DNA of 64,000 bases from an uncultured Thermoplasmata archaeon (GCA_963768855.1 CAVYJM010000006.1:608001-672000), one strand, 5' to 3'; positions 19,582-28,746 are shown, counted from the stretch's first letter. The notes: generated by a model from the sequence alone, not told the origin. Program-made: numbers and translations.

Positions 19582-22500
19582 GCGCCCACCCCCAGGAGGA
19601 CCGCGGCGAGGACCACGACGAGCGCGCCTCCGAAGGCGACCATGTTCCAGTTCACGTCGCGGTTCTCCAAGCCCCATCGCCCGCTTGCCGAGGGCGAACA
19701 GGCCGAGGGCCGCGTCCGTCGCGCCTTCATAGACGAGGCGGAAGCCGGACTGCATCGCGGCGCTGAATCGCACGAAGCCCCGGCCGCCCGCGGCGTACGC
19801 GACGTCGACGTCCTTGAGGCGGGTGTCGTGCGGTGCGAGGACCGTACGGCCGATCGTGAAGAAGAAGGCGGCCGCGAGTCCGAGGACGAGGAGGCTCGTG
19901 CCCAGCTGGAGGGGCGCCCAGGCGTTCCAGACGCTCGGGACGGCCGCGGGCAGGATGTTGTAGAGCATCTGCGGGTACACGCCGATCGCGATGCACAGGG
20001 CCGCGGTGCCGAGCATGGCGGCCTGCATCGGCAGGGGCGGGTCGGAGGCCTCCGTCACGCCGCCCGCGGGCGCGGGCCGCAGGAACGTGAACCAGCCGAG
20101 TTTCAGGAAGGAGAGGAACGTCCCGAAGGACGCGATCTCGAGGAGGATCCACAGGTAGACGTTGACGTCCTCCGCCGCGAAGATGACCATGCCTTTCGAG
20201 ATGTAGCCGTTGAAGAGGGGCACGCCCGAAATGGAGAAGGCCGCGATCCAGAACGCGATCGCCGTGATGGGCATCTTCTTCTGGAGCCCGCCGAGGCGGT
20301 TCATCGTGTTCTCGCCCGTCTTCCAGATGACCACGCCGATCGTCATGAACAGGAGGGCCTTGTACAGGATGTGGTTGAAGACGTGGGCCATGCCGCCGTC
20401 CAGGCCGAGGACGCCCCACTCGTCCGCCATGCCGAGCCAGCCCGCGAGGCCGACCCCGGCGATCATGTAGCCGACCTGGGAGACGATGTGGTACGACAGG
20501 AGGCGGCGCATGTTGTTCTGGAACACCGCGAACGACACGCCGTACACGGCCATGACCGCGCCCATGATCGCGATCGCCTCGAAGGCGGGCTGCGGGTCCA
20601 GCTGGCCGATGAACATCCGTGCGAAGACGTAGACCGCGGTCTTCGTCGTGTAGACGCTCAGGAAGACGCTCGCGACGAAGTGCGCCCGCGGATAGGCGTC
20701 GGGAAGCCAGGAGTGGAGCGGGATGAAGGCCGCGTTCAGGCCGATGCCGAGGCAGATGAGGAGGGAGGGCCAGAACCCGGAGACCACGCCGACGGGCAGG
20801 AAGTTCTGTCCGGCGGGCATCTGCATGAACAGGAGCGCGATGCCGCCGCCCAGGAGGGCGCCGCCCGCGACATGGTACAGGAGGTACCGGAAGCCCGCTT
20901 TGATGCCGTCCTCGCCGCCCTGCATGATGAGCAACGTCGACGTGATGGCCATGAGCTCCCAGAAGAACAGGAGCGTGACCCAGTCCCCTGCGAACACGGC
21001 CCCGAGGGAGGTGCCCGCGTACAGGAGGGCGAACAGGTGCATCCACGGCTTGCCGAAGCCCGCGGCATAGAGGACCGCGAGGAACGTGATGATGCCGAAG
21101 ATGAGCCCGGTCAGGTAGGACAGGCTGTCGACCGTCATCAGGGTGAGCTGGTAGCCCATGAAGGGCAGCTGCCACTGGGCTCCCATGGGCAGGAAGATGA
21201 CGTCAAGGAGGGCCACGCCCGCCAGGATGATGAGGCCAATTTGGCGGGCACGGCCCTTGAGCAGGAGGACGAGGGGCCCGCCGATCAGGAAGATCAGGAA
21301 GGGCGGCACGGCGGTCCCCGTGATGATCGAGCCCATCGCGGGCGGGATCCAGGTGGCGACGCCGGTGGCCCCCTGGACAACGCTCGTCCCGATCGCGCGG
21401 GCGATCTCGAAGAAGCCGTAGGGCATCGAGGTCCAGAGGCCCAGGAGGACGGCGCCCGCGGCGGTGATGATGAGGGGGACGGCCAGGGTGGGCCGCGCCT
21501 CGCCGAGCTCGCCCTCGTAGGGGCGGAAGAACGCGCGGATGATGATCGGGAGCCAGTAGCCGAGGTTCAGGACGCTCGAGAGGACGAGGATGAGGGGGAT
21601 CCACCAGAAGCCCGCGTTCCAGGCGCCGACGGAGATGAACCACTTCGCGACGAAGCCCGCCATGGGAGGCAGGGCGACCATGCTCAGGGCGGCGAGGGTG
21701 AAGGCCACGAACTCCCGCGGCATCTTCTTGCCGATCCCGTCGAGCTGGGAGATCTTCGTCTTCCCCGTCTCCACGGCGACCGCGCCCGCGACGAAGAACA
21801 TGGTCAGCTTCCCGAAGGCGTGGGCCGCGATCGCGAAGGTCGTGCCGACGACGAGGGCGAACATGCCGTCCGCCGTGGAGCCGCCGACGGCCAATGGGAC
21901 GAGGAGGGCGGCGCCCAGGGTGATATAATTGAGCTGGCTGATCGTCGAGTACGCGAGCCGCATCTTGAAGTCATCCTGGACGAGCGCCAGCAGGGAGCCG
22001 CCGATTACCGTGACCGAGGCGGCGATGATCACGAGCCACTGTAGATTCAGGCCGACCATGAGGGTGGGCCCGAACAGGAAGAAGATGAGCCGCAGGATGC
22101 CGAAGACGCCCGCCTTGACGACCGCCACGGCGTGCAGGAGGCCGCTCACCGGCGTGGGCGCGATCATCGCGCTCGGCAGCCAGCCGTGCATGGGCATGAT
22201 CGCGGCCTTGACGCCGAAGCCGGCGAACAGCAGGACGAACCCGAGGCGGGCGAGGTCCGGGGCGATCGCCCCGATGGCCACGTTGCCGCCTGCGATGAAC
22301 GAGAGGGAGACGGAGCCGCCGAGGCCCTGGAGGAGCATCATGCCCGCGAGGATCGCGACGCCGCCGCTCAGGGTGTAGATGAGGTACTTGCGGCCCGCCG
22401 CGAACGCCTCCTCGCTCTCCTTGTGGACGACGAGGGGATACGTGGCGACGGTCAGGATCTCATAGAACAGGAAAAGGCTGAACAGGTTCGAAGACAGGGC

Positions 22501-22884
22501 GACGCCCATGGTCGCGCCGATGACGATGGCGAAGCACGCGTAGTAGCGCGTCTGGGCGTGCTCTTTGAGCCCGCGCATGTAGCCGATGCTGTAGACCGTG
22601 GTCAGGATCCAGAGGAACGAGGCGAGGACGGCGAAGAGCAGTCCGAGTCCGTCCGCGGTGAGCTGGAGGCTCAGGCCGAGGAACATGACCACTTCCGGTG
22701 TGGACGTCGGCGTGCCCGCGAAGACTGCGGGGAGCGCGAAGGCCGCGAACAGGAACGTCAGGAGGGCGGCCACGAGGGACGCCGCCTCGCGGAGATTCGG
22801 CCGGTTCCGGAACACGAGGACGAGGTACGCCCCGAGGAAGGGCGTGAGGACCGTGAGGAGGAGGACCCACTGGTTCAGATCCAT
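19578..22884 (-). CDS. double antiporter-like subunit (two MrpD/NuoL-M modules fused), with a 1-nt indel near 19673
   Basis: Two complete modules (FGVKAAIMPMHGWLPSAM..PTPVSGLLHAVAVVKAG and LNAAFIPLHSWLPDAYPRAH..SVFLSVYTTKT) in one frame. Removing one C of CCCC 19672-19675 restores the C-terminus LENRDVNWNMVAFGGALVVVLAAVLLGVGA-stop at 19578. Confidence 0.78.
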
Positions 22885-23207
22885 CAGAGGTCACCTCCGC
22901 GGATCTTCTGCGTGATCGAAGCGATGTCCAGGGTGCCCCAGGTGCGCTTCGCGAGGATCACCAAGGCGAGGGCGACCCCCGCCACGACCGCCTCGATGAT
23001 GATCAGGGTGAAGACGACGGCCTGGGACGTGCCCACGTCCCCGTTCAGGTAGCCGGCCGTCACGAAGACGAGGCTGACCCCCTTGCCGAGGATCTCGAGG
23101 CCGATGATCATCTTGACGAGGTGCGTGCGGGAGATGAGGCAGACGAGGCCGATCGCGAACAGGGCGCCCGCGACGGTCAGCAGGACGAGGGCCTCAGGCC
23201 CGATCAT
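22884..23207 (-). CDS. NuoK/MrpC-like subunit (chain 4L)
   Basis: ALFAIGLVCLISRTHLVKMIIGLEIL, QAVVFTLIIIEAVVAGVALAL..RTWGTLDI. Confidence 0.88.
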   Translation of the reverse strand: MIGPEALVLLTVAGALFAIGLVCLISRTHLVKMIIGLEILGKGVSLVFVTAGYLNGDVGTSQAVVFTLIIIEAVVAGVALALVILAKRTWGTLDIASITQKIRGGDL

Positions 23208-23446
23208 GGGCTCGCCTCCCGGGTGCGGCGGGAGCCGAGCAGGAGCAGGATCGCGACGACGCCGCCGAGCAGGATCACGCTCTGGAGGAGGACCTCGAAG
23301 GTCCGGTCCTGCCACATCGCGACGCCCACGCCCGTGACGGTCGGGCCCGCGGCGGGCCACAGGATCGCGCCGGGGAGGACCGCGTAGACGAGGAGACCGA
23401 GGAAGGCCAGGCCGATGACGATCCCGGCGACGAGCTTGCCGTTCAT
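23204..23446 (-). CDS. NuoJ C-terminal half-like subunit (J2)
   Basis: 81 codons with ATGA overlaps on both sides; GVAMWQDRTFEVLLQSVILLGGVVAILLL resembles the NuoJ C-terminal helix. Confidence 0.72.
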   Translation of the reverse strand: MNGKLVAGIVIGLAFLGLLVYAVLPGAILWPAAGPTVTGVGVAMWQDRTFEVLLQSVILLGGVVAILLLLGSRRTREASP

Positions 23447-23706
23447 GCGGGCACCTCCCGCTCCTCGCCGCCGGCGAGGATGAGCGCCACGAGGAACAGC
23501 ACGGCCACGAGGCCTGCGCCGACGGTCAGCTCGAGCGCGCCCGCGAAGGGCGACGCGAGGAGGAAGAACAGGGCCGCCAGGAACGCGCTCGCGAGCGCGT
23601 ACGCCACGACGGACCGCACGAGGTTCTTCAGCCCCACCGCGACGATCGCCATGCCGACTGCCGCCGCCCCGAGGACGGCCATCAGAACTAGCTCCAGCTC
23701 CGCCAT
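23443..23706 (-). CDS. NuoJ N-terminal half/MbhD-like subunit (J1)
   Basis: AIVAVGLKNLVRSVVAYALASAFLAALFFLLASPFAGALELTVGAGL; first gene of the operon. Confidence 0.8.
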   Translation of the reverse strand: MAELELVLMAVLGAAAVGMAIVAVGLKNLVRSVVAYALASAFLAALFFLLASPFAGALELTVGAGLVAVLFLVALILAGGEEREVPA

Positions 23707-23751
23707 GACGGCTCACGCTTCCCCGGGCATGTCCCCGGCTGGGACCCCCGG

Positions 23752-23762
23752 ACTATAAACGC
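23752..23762 (-). promoter_or_regulatory. TATA-box candidate for the hydrogenase operon
   Basis: Minus strand reads gcgTTTATAgtc about 50 bp upstream of ATG 23706; the same cgTTTATA occurs upstream of the gene at 51483. Confidence 0.5.
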
Positions 23763-23954
23763 TTCCGACAAGTGAAATTGACTCGAATCGCGGCCTCATC
23801 GAGCTTGCGACTCCCCGTCACGTGGAAAAGGTCTGGCGAAGTACTGCATGGGTCGTGCGTTCGTGATTGTACCCGCATATACACCGCTGGAGTTGGGAAC
23901 GACGGAGTCGTCCGGTGCCCGGGCTCCTCTCTCCGATCAGGGAAAAAGGAGGGG

Positions 23955-24143
23955 ATGGCGATCGCCCAAAACTTGGAGGGGAAGCGATGGAAGGCCGTTG
24001 AAGGCGACCGTCATCATCCCGAGCGTCGAACCGGCTGCGCGGTCTGTTGGTACGAGTTGCGAAACCGGCATGTCGCTCCCCTAGGCCCGTTTGGGCCCGA
24101 ACTGACACACGCCGCCGTCGCTATTGGAGGGTTCCGAGCATAA
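23955..24143 (+). CDS. possible small His/Cys protein (62 aa)
   Basis: AAGGAGGGG directly before the ATG; contains HH..CAVC..H; weaker codon bias. Confidence 0.3.
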   Translation: MAIAQNLEGKRWKAVEGDRHHPERRTGCAVCWYELRNRHVAPLGPFGPELTHAAVAIGGFRA

Positions 24144-24245
24144 AGTATATTCGCGACCCTTCGAACGCGCTCATGGAATCCTTCCCGGCCGCGGGCCTCC
24201 TGAGGATTCGGTATGGAACGTGTCGAGAAACGGAATATAGGACGG

Positions 24246-24284
24246 CTAGCCTCGCCAAAAGATATATTTACATGTAAAGGCTAG
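24246..24284. promoter_or_regulatory. palindromic site upstream of the PhoU-type regulator
   Basis: Perfect palindrome TTTACATGTAAA (24267-24278) inside the inverted repeat CTAGCCT..AGGCTAG. Confidence 0.4.
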
Positions 24285-24322
24285 TTACGAACCGAAGGCA
24301 CGATCGGACGGGGGAAGTCCGT

Positions 24323-25378
24323 ATGGAGAGCCGGAAAATCCAGAAAGTAGGCGCAGCCACATTGACCATCTCCCTCCCCAAGGAGTGGGTCACCCAGCGG
24401 AACCTGAAGAAGGGGGACCAGGTCTTCATCGTCGAGGAGGGCGACTCCCTCCGCATCCTTCCCGGGCCCGCCATGGAGGAGCGGAAGCGGAAGTGGGAGA
24501 CCTACGTGATCGACGCGGATCTGTGCGACGAGCCCGGCCTGCTCGAGCGGATCATCGTCGGGAACTACGTGCTCGGCCGGCAGAAGATCATCGTCCGCTC
24601 GGCGACGCGGCTGCGGAGCGAGCACATCGAGGAGGTCCGGAAGACCTCGAAGAAGCTCATGGGCCTCGGGATCATCGAGGAGACCTCCAGCAAGATCACC
24701 CTCCAGTGCGCCCTCGACCCGGCCAACTACCCGCTGGACGCGCTCGTGAAGCGCCTGTACAACCTCGGCGCGACGATGCTCGAGGAGGCGATCGAGGCCC
24801 TCGTGACGGGCGACCGCCGCCTCGCGGAGGACGCGATCAAGCGCGAGGACGACGCGGACATGATGTACTGGCTCATCCTGCGCCTCGTCCTGAGCGCCCA
24901 GGTCGACGAGGCGCTCGTCGAGCTGCTCGGGATGCGCTCGCGCCTCGAGATCGCCGGGTACCGCGTGATCGCGCGGGACCTGGAGACCGTCGCGGACTAC
25001 TGCGAGACGATCGCGCGGTCCGTGATCCAGCTCCTCGACATGAAGACGGAGATCAGCCCGTCCTTCGCGAAGCAGATCAAGGAGCTCGCCGACGCGGTCA
25101 CGGAGATCTACAGCAAGGCGATCGGAGGCCTGCTTTCGCGGGACATCAAGCAGGCGAACGACGCAATCCGCATGCAGGAAGCCATCGTCAAGCGGGAGCA
25201 CGACCTCGTGCGGATGATGCTCAAGGACTACGACGACACGAAGGTGATCATCCCGCTCCGCACGATCCTGGGCGGGATCGTCGAGATGTCCGAGTACGGG
25301 AACTCGATCGCGGTCATCGCGTTCAACCGCTACCTCGAGAAGCCGACGAACCTGAGCCGCCCCGCGCCGCCGGCGTGA
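24323..25378 (+). CDS. phoU: archaeal phosphate-uptake regulator (AbrB/SpoVT + PhoU domains)
   Basis: MESRKIQKVGAATLTISLPKEWV AbrB-like N-terminus; PhoU repeats (REDDADMMYW, RDLETVADY). Confidence 0.88.
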   Translation: MESRKIQKVGAATLTISLPKEWVTQRNLKKGDQVFIVEEGDSLRILPGPAMEERKRKWETYVIDADLCDEPGLLERIIVGNYVLGRQKIIVRSATRLRSEHIEEVRKTSKKLMGLGIIEETSSKITLQCALDPANYPLDALVKRLYNLGATMLEEAIEALVTGDRRLAEDAIKREDDADMMYWLILRLVLSAQVDEALVELLGMRSRLEIAGYRVIARDLETVADYCETIARSVIQLLDMKTEISPSFAKQIKELADAVTEIYSKAIGGLLSRDIKQANDAIRMQEAIVKREHDLVRMMLKDYDDTKVIIPLRTILGGIVEMSEYGNSIAVIAFNRYLEKPTNLSRPAPPA

Positions 25379-25422
25379 GCCGCCCCGCCGCGGGCGGCGT
25401 TGCCCTCCTGTGCGGGAGGCCG

Positions 25423-25461
25423 CGCTTTATATCCTCGCTTTATATCCCCGCTTATATATGC
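25423..25461 (+). repeat. three tandem 13-bp units each containing a TATA-like box
   Basis: CGCTTTATATCCT / CGCTTTATATCCC / CGCTTATATATGC, read directly. Confidence 0.7.
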
Positions 25462-25517
25462 TCCGGAGAGTATTTTTATAACCTGAGCGGCATGGCGCGG
25501 CCCAAGGTGAACACAAC

Positions 25518-25880
25518 ATGGCAGCTCCACCCCAAGGACCTGGCCCGATGATGCCGCCCCAACCCTACCCGGGGATGTACTACCAGCCGATGTCCCCCGA
25601 GAACATACTCTCGCGGCGCAACGTGTGGTTCGTGAACGTGCTCGGACTCGGCATGATCTGGCTCGCGTTCATCCTGCGGCTCGTGAGCGATGACGTGAAC
25701 CTGCTGAAGTTCGACATCTTCCTGGTCATCTCGGGTGCGGTCCTCGTGGGCCTGACCAACGTGGCCGCCGCGCTCGGCTCCAAGAAGACCACGGACATGC
25801 AGAACCTCGGCCTGTTCATCTGGTCCGGGTTCGTGCTGGCCTTCGCGGCTTCGCTCCTGGCGGCGCTCCGACTCTTCTGA
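25518..25880 (+). CDS. hypothetical membrane protein (Pro-rich N-terminus, 3-4 TM)
   Basis: Clean GC3-biased ORF with hydrophobic helices. Confidence 0.75.
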   Translation: MAAPPQGPGPMMPPQPYPGMYYQPMSPENILSRRNVWFVNVLGLGMIWLAFILRLVSDDVNLLKFDIFLVISGAVLVGLTNVAAALGSKKTTDMQNLGLFIWSGFVLAFAASLLAALRLF

Positions 25881-25919
25881 GCCCGCCCCTTCCCCCTTTT
25901 CGGGTGCGTCCCTTTTCCC

Positions 25920-26789
25920 TCAGCCCATGAGCTCGCGCAGCGCACTCGCGAACTCGGGCGCGACGCTGACCTTCGTGTGCGGTGAGACGATCGTGTCCGT
26001 GGCCACGACCTCGTCGCAGACCTTCAGGTTCTCCTCCGCCCGGCCGACGAACAGGCCGTGGACGCAGGTCGCCAGGACGCGGGTCGCGCCCTGGGCCTTG
26101 AGCTCCTTCGCCGCGGTCGCGATCGTGCCGCCCGTCGAGATGACGTCGTCCACGATCGCCACGGACTTGCCCTTCACGTTCAGTTCCTTCGGCTTCACGC
26201 GGACCGTGTACGAGTCCAGGCGCTCCTTGTCCAGGAAGTCGTACGGCGTCCCGGCGATCGCGGCGGCCTCCTTCGCGAGGCGGACCGCGTTGTCGTCCGG
26301 GGCGAGGAGGAGGTCCACGCCGACGGCCTTCAGGTAGCGTCCGAGGGCGGGGACCCCGCTCACCTCCCGGGCGCGGATCGGGAACATCGCGAGGATGTCC
26401 GGGTTGTGGATCGTCATCGTCAGCATCTCGTCGGCATCGAGGGCGATGTGCTTCATCATCGTCTTCGCGCTGACCGCCTCGCCGTCCGCGAAGCGCTTGT
26501 CCTGCCGCCCGTAGCCGAAGTACGGGATCACGGCCGTGAGGCGGCTCGCGCCCGCGTCGCGGATCGCGTCCGCGAGGAGGAGGTACTCGACGATCATGGG
26601 ATCCGGGTGCGTGGTCTGCACGAGCACGACGTGCTCCCCCGCGACGGACCCGAGGAGGCGGACGTACCGCTCCCCGTCCGGGAAGCCGCCCGGGTGCTTC
26701 TCGAAGCTCGCGTCGACGAAGGGCGCTCCGAGTTGCCGCGCGAGGGCGCGGGCGAGGGGCAGGGACGCCGAGCCGCCGACGACCTTCAC
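25920..26789 (-). CDS. prs: ribose-phosphate pyrophosphokinase
   Basis: GTG 26789; FPDGERYVR, IPYFGYGRQDKRF..GEAVS, PRPP-binding AIVDDVISTGGTI, TCVHGLF. Confidence 0.95.
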   Translation of the reverse strand: MKVVGGSASLPLARALARQLGAPFVDASFEKHPGGFPDGERYVRLLGSVAGEHVVLVQTTHPDPMIVEYLLLADAIRDAGASRLTAVIPYFGYGRQDKRFADGEAVSAKTMMKHIALDADEMLTMTIHNPDILAMFPIRAREVSGVPALGRYLKAVGVDLLLAPDDNAVRLAKEAAAIAGTPYDFLDKERLDSYTVRVKPKELNVKGKSVAIVDDVISTGGTIATAAKELKAQGATRVLATCVHGLFVGRAEENLKVCDEVVATDTIVSPHTKVSVAPEFASALRELMG

Positions 26790-26907
26790 GCTGGCACCGC
26801 GCGACGGATTCGCCACGGCGTATTTGAAGTGTCGGACGCGTGACGCGGCCGATAATGGCCTCCGAGCGTTCTTATACGCACGGGACGGGTCGGCGAAGGA
26901 GAGGGCC

Positions 26908-28119
26908 ATGGGCCTCGAGGCGTGGGCCGCGAAGATGGCGACGCACCGCCGAGCCCTGGGGCTCGTGGGGCTGCTCGTCGCCTTCACCGGCGTGAGCATG
27001 GTCCTGAATCCGACCCACGCGACGGACCTGACGTGGATCGGCGTCGTACTCCTGGTCGTCGGGGCGGTCCTGTTCGCGATCCTCCTCTGGCCCCAGGCCG
27101 CGGCTCAGGCGCCAGTCGAGACGCCGTCCCTCGGGGCGCGCCTCATCCGCCGCCTTGCGTGGGACGGGCGCCTGATCCGGCTCTTCCCCGCGCTCGGCGT
27201 CGCGCTCGTCGTCCTCGACCTGGGATACAACCTCGTCCTGTCCGCCTCGCCCGCTCTCCTGACGGAGGACATCATCGTGCTGCTGTCCGCCGCAGCGCTC
27301 CTCGGGTACGGCTTCGTGCCATCGCGGTACGCGCGGGAGCGGGACTTCGTGCTCCTGTTCTTCCTGTTCCTCGACCTCATCCTGGTCGTCCCGCTCCTGG
27401 TCGCCCGGGTTGTGACCCACAGCGCGGACGCCTCCGTGGATGCGTATTCGTGGACCGCCCTCGCGCCGGAGGTCGGCGCGATTCTCTCCGGCCTGGGCGT
27501 CGCGAACTCCGTGCACGCGGTCTCCGGCTACACGGCGCCCGGGCTGACCTTCAGCCCGGTGCAGATCGGCGCTTCCGTGACCCTCGTGATCACGACGTCC
27601 TGCTCCGGGATCTACTCGTTCGGCATCTTCGCGGCCGCCTACGTCTCCTTCCTGACGACGGAGTACGCGCACCCATCGCGGCGCCTGTGGCTCCTCCTCG
27701 GCCTGGGCTTCGCCGCATCGTACGTCGCGAACCTGTTGCGCATGGTCATCATCGTTCTCGTCGGCTACTACATGGACACGGCCGCCTCGGACCTGCAGAA
27801 CCTGCTCCTCGCGCATTCCTACGCGGGCTGGATCATCTTCCTCGCGTGGCTCGCCCTGTTCTGGGGACTCTTGTTCAGGTTCCTGCCGATGGAGAAGGAG
27901 GAGCCCGAGGCCCGGTCTGCGGAGGTCGCCTCGCCTCCGGCGAGGGCTCGAGGCGCGATGTGCGCGATCTGCGCCAAATCGCTGAGCCCTGCGATCCCCG
28001 CGACGCGGTGCGCCTGCGGCACGTACTATCATCGGGCGTGTGGGGCCACGGCGGGAGAGTGCCCGGTCTGTCATCGAAAAACGAGCGCGGTGTCCGGTGG
28101 GATTCCGAGCGGGGACTAG
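26908..28119 (+). CDS. exosortase/archaeosortase-family protein with C-terminal RING/PHD-like Zn finger
   Basis: Polytopic; catalytic-type motifs ITTSCSGIYS (Cys), ANLLRM (Arg), HSYAGW (His); C-terminal C-x2-C-x12-C-x-C-x4-H-x2-C-x6-C-x2-C. Confidence 0.85.
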   Translation: MGLEAWAAKMATHRRALGLVGLLVAFTGVSMVLNPTHATDLTWIGVVLLVVGAVLFAILLWPQAAAQAPVETPSLGARLIRRLAWDGRLIRLFPALGVALVVLDLGYNLVLSASPALLTEDIIVLLSAAALLGYGFVPSRYARERDFVLLFFLFLDLILVVPLLVARVVTHSADASVDAYSWTALAPEVGAILSGLGVANSVHAVSGYTAPGLTFSPVQIGASVTLVITTSCSGIYSFGIFAAAYVSFLTTEYAHPSRRLWLLLGLGFAASYVANLLRMVIIVLVGYYMDTAASDLQNLLLAHSYAGWIIFLAWLALFWGLLFRFLPMEKEEPEARSAEVASPPARARGAMCAICAKSLSPAIPATRCACGTYYHRACGATAGECPVCHRKTSAVSGGIPSGD

Positions 28120-28122
28120 GCC

Positions 28123-28536
28123 TCAGATCCCGAGGATCTCGGACAGCTCGCGGCTGAGGCGCTGGACCTCGATCCGCACGAGGCCGAGGTTCGCGAAGCC
28201 CTCGAGGACGACGATCACGGAGAGCTGGCCCTCCGCGACGTTCGAGACGAAGACGGTCGAGTCGGGGCCGACCATGACGACCTCGTTCGGGCCGGCGAGG
28301 GCGAGGTTCTGGTAGACGCGCTGGGACGACTGGATCGCCATCGTCGCCATCGCGGTGACCGTGAGGACGTTCGCGCGCGTCGTGAAGGACGAGGACACGG
28401 GGAGGCCGCTCTTGTCCGCGATTGCGACGCCGCGGACGCCGTCGACGCGGGACTGGAACGCGCTGAGGAGGGCCTGGAGCTTCTCGGCGGGTCCGTCCGC
28501 CGTGATCTCGATCTCGGCCGTCTTCATGGGTGTCAT
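28123..28536 (-). CDS. roadblock/LC7 domain protein
   Basis: VDGVRGVAIADKSGLPVSS..AMATMA..GPNEVVMVG..ANLGLVRIEV, a roadblock/MglB-like pattern. Confidence 0.85.
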   Translation of the reverse strand: MTPMKTAEIEITADGPAEKLQALLSAFQSRVDGVRGVAIADKSGLPVSSSFTTRANVLTVTAMATMAIQSSQRVYQNLALAGPNEVVMVGPDSTVFVSNVAEGQLSVIVVLEGFANLGLVRIEVQRLSRELSEILGI

Positions 28537-28746
28537 GGCATCCCCGTCGGGGTTCTCATCCGCTTCTCGTGAGTCCTCCTTGCACGTCCCGGCGTAATAA
28601 AGGGGTACTCAAGAAAACCCGACAAGGTCAGGAATCGGGTCGCGCGCCCGTAGACCTCGCGCCCACGGGTAGCGATTGAACCGCTGAGACCCGTTTCCTT
28701 CTCCGGGATTGGAACCTTTAAGGGGCTGGGGGGGTTCGGGGCCGCA

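Noticed and set aside
18859-22044. 1061-aa plus-strand ORF and many other long Arg/Gly/Pro-rich ORFs
   Set aside because: Antisense or off-frame shadows of real genes in high-GC DNA, with no protein-like motifs
18049-22884. 1611-aa triple-antiporter mega-protein
   Set aside because: The module 2-3 junction is a frameshift artefact; a one-base correction gives a normal C-terminus and a GTGA-coupled separate gene
13656-23706. Annotation as NADH dehydrogenase (nuo), Fpo or Mbs/Mbx
   Set aside because: All four Ni-Fe cysteines, a cleavable tail and hycI are present, and there is no NuoEFG or FpoF module
25423-25461. CRISPR-like or iteron repeat
   Set aside because: Units are 13 bp, contiguous and without spacers; no cas or rep gene nearby; they match the local TATA motif
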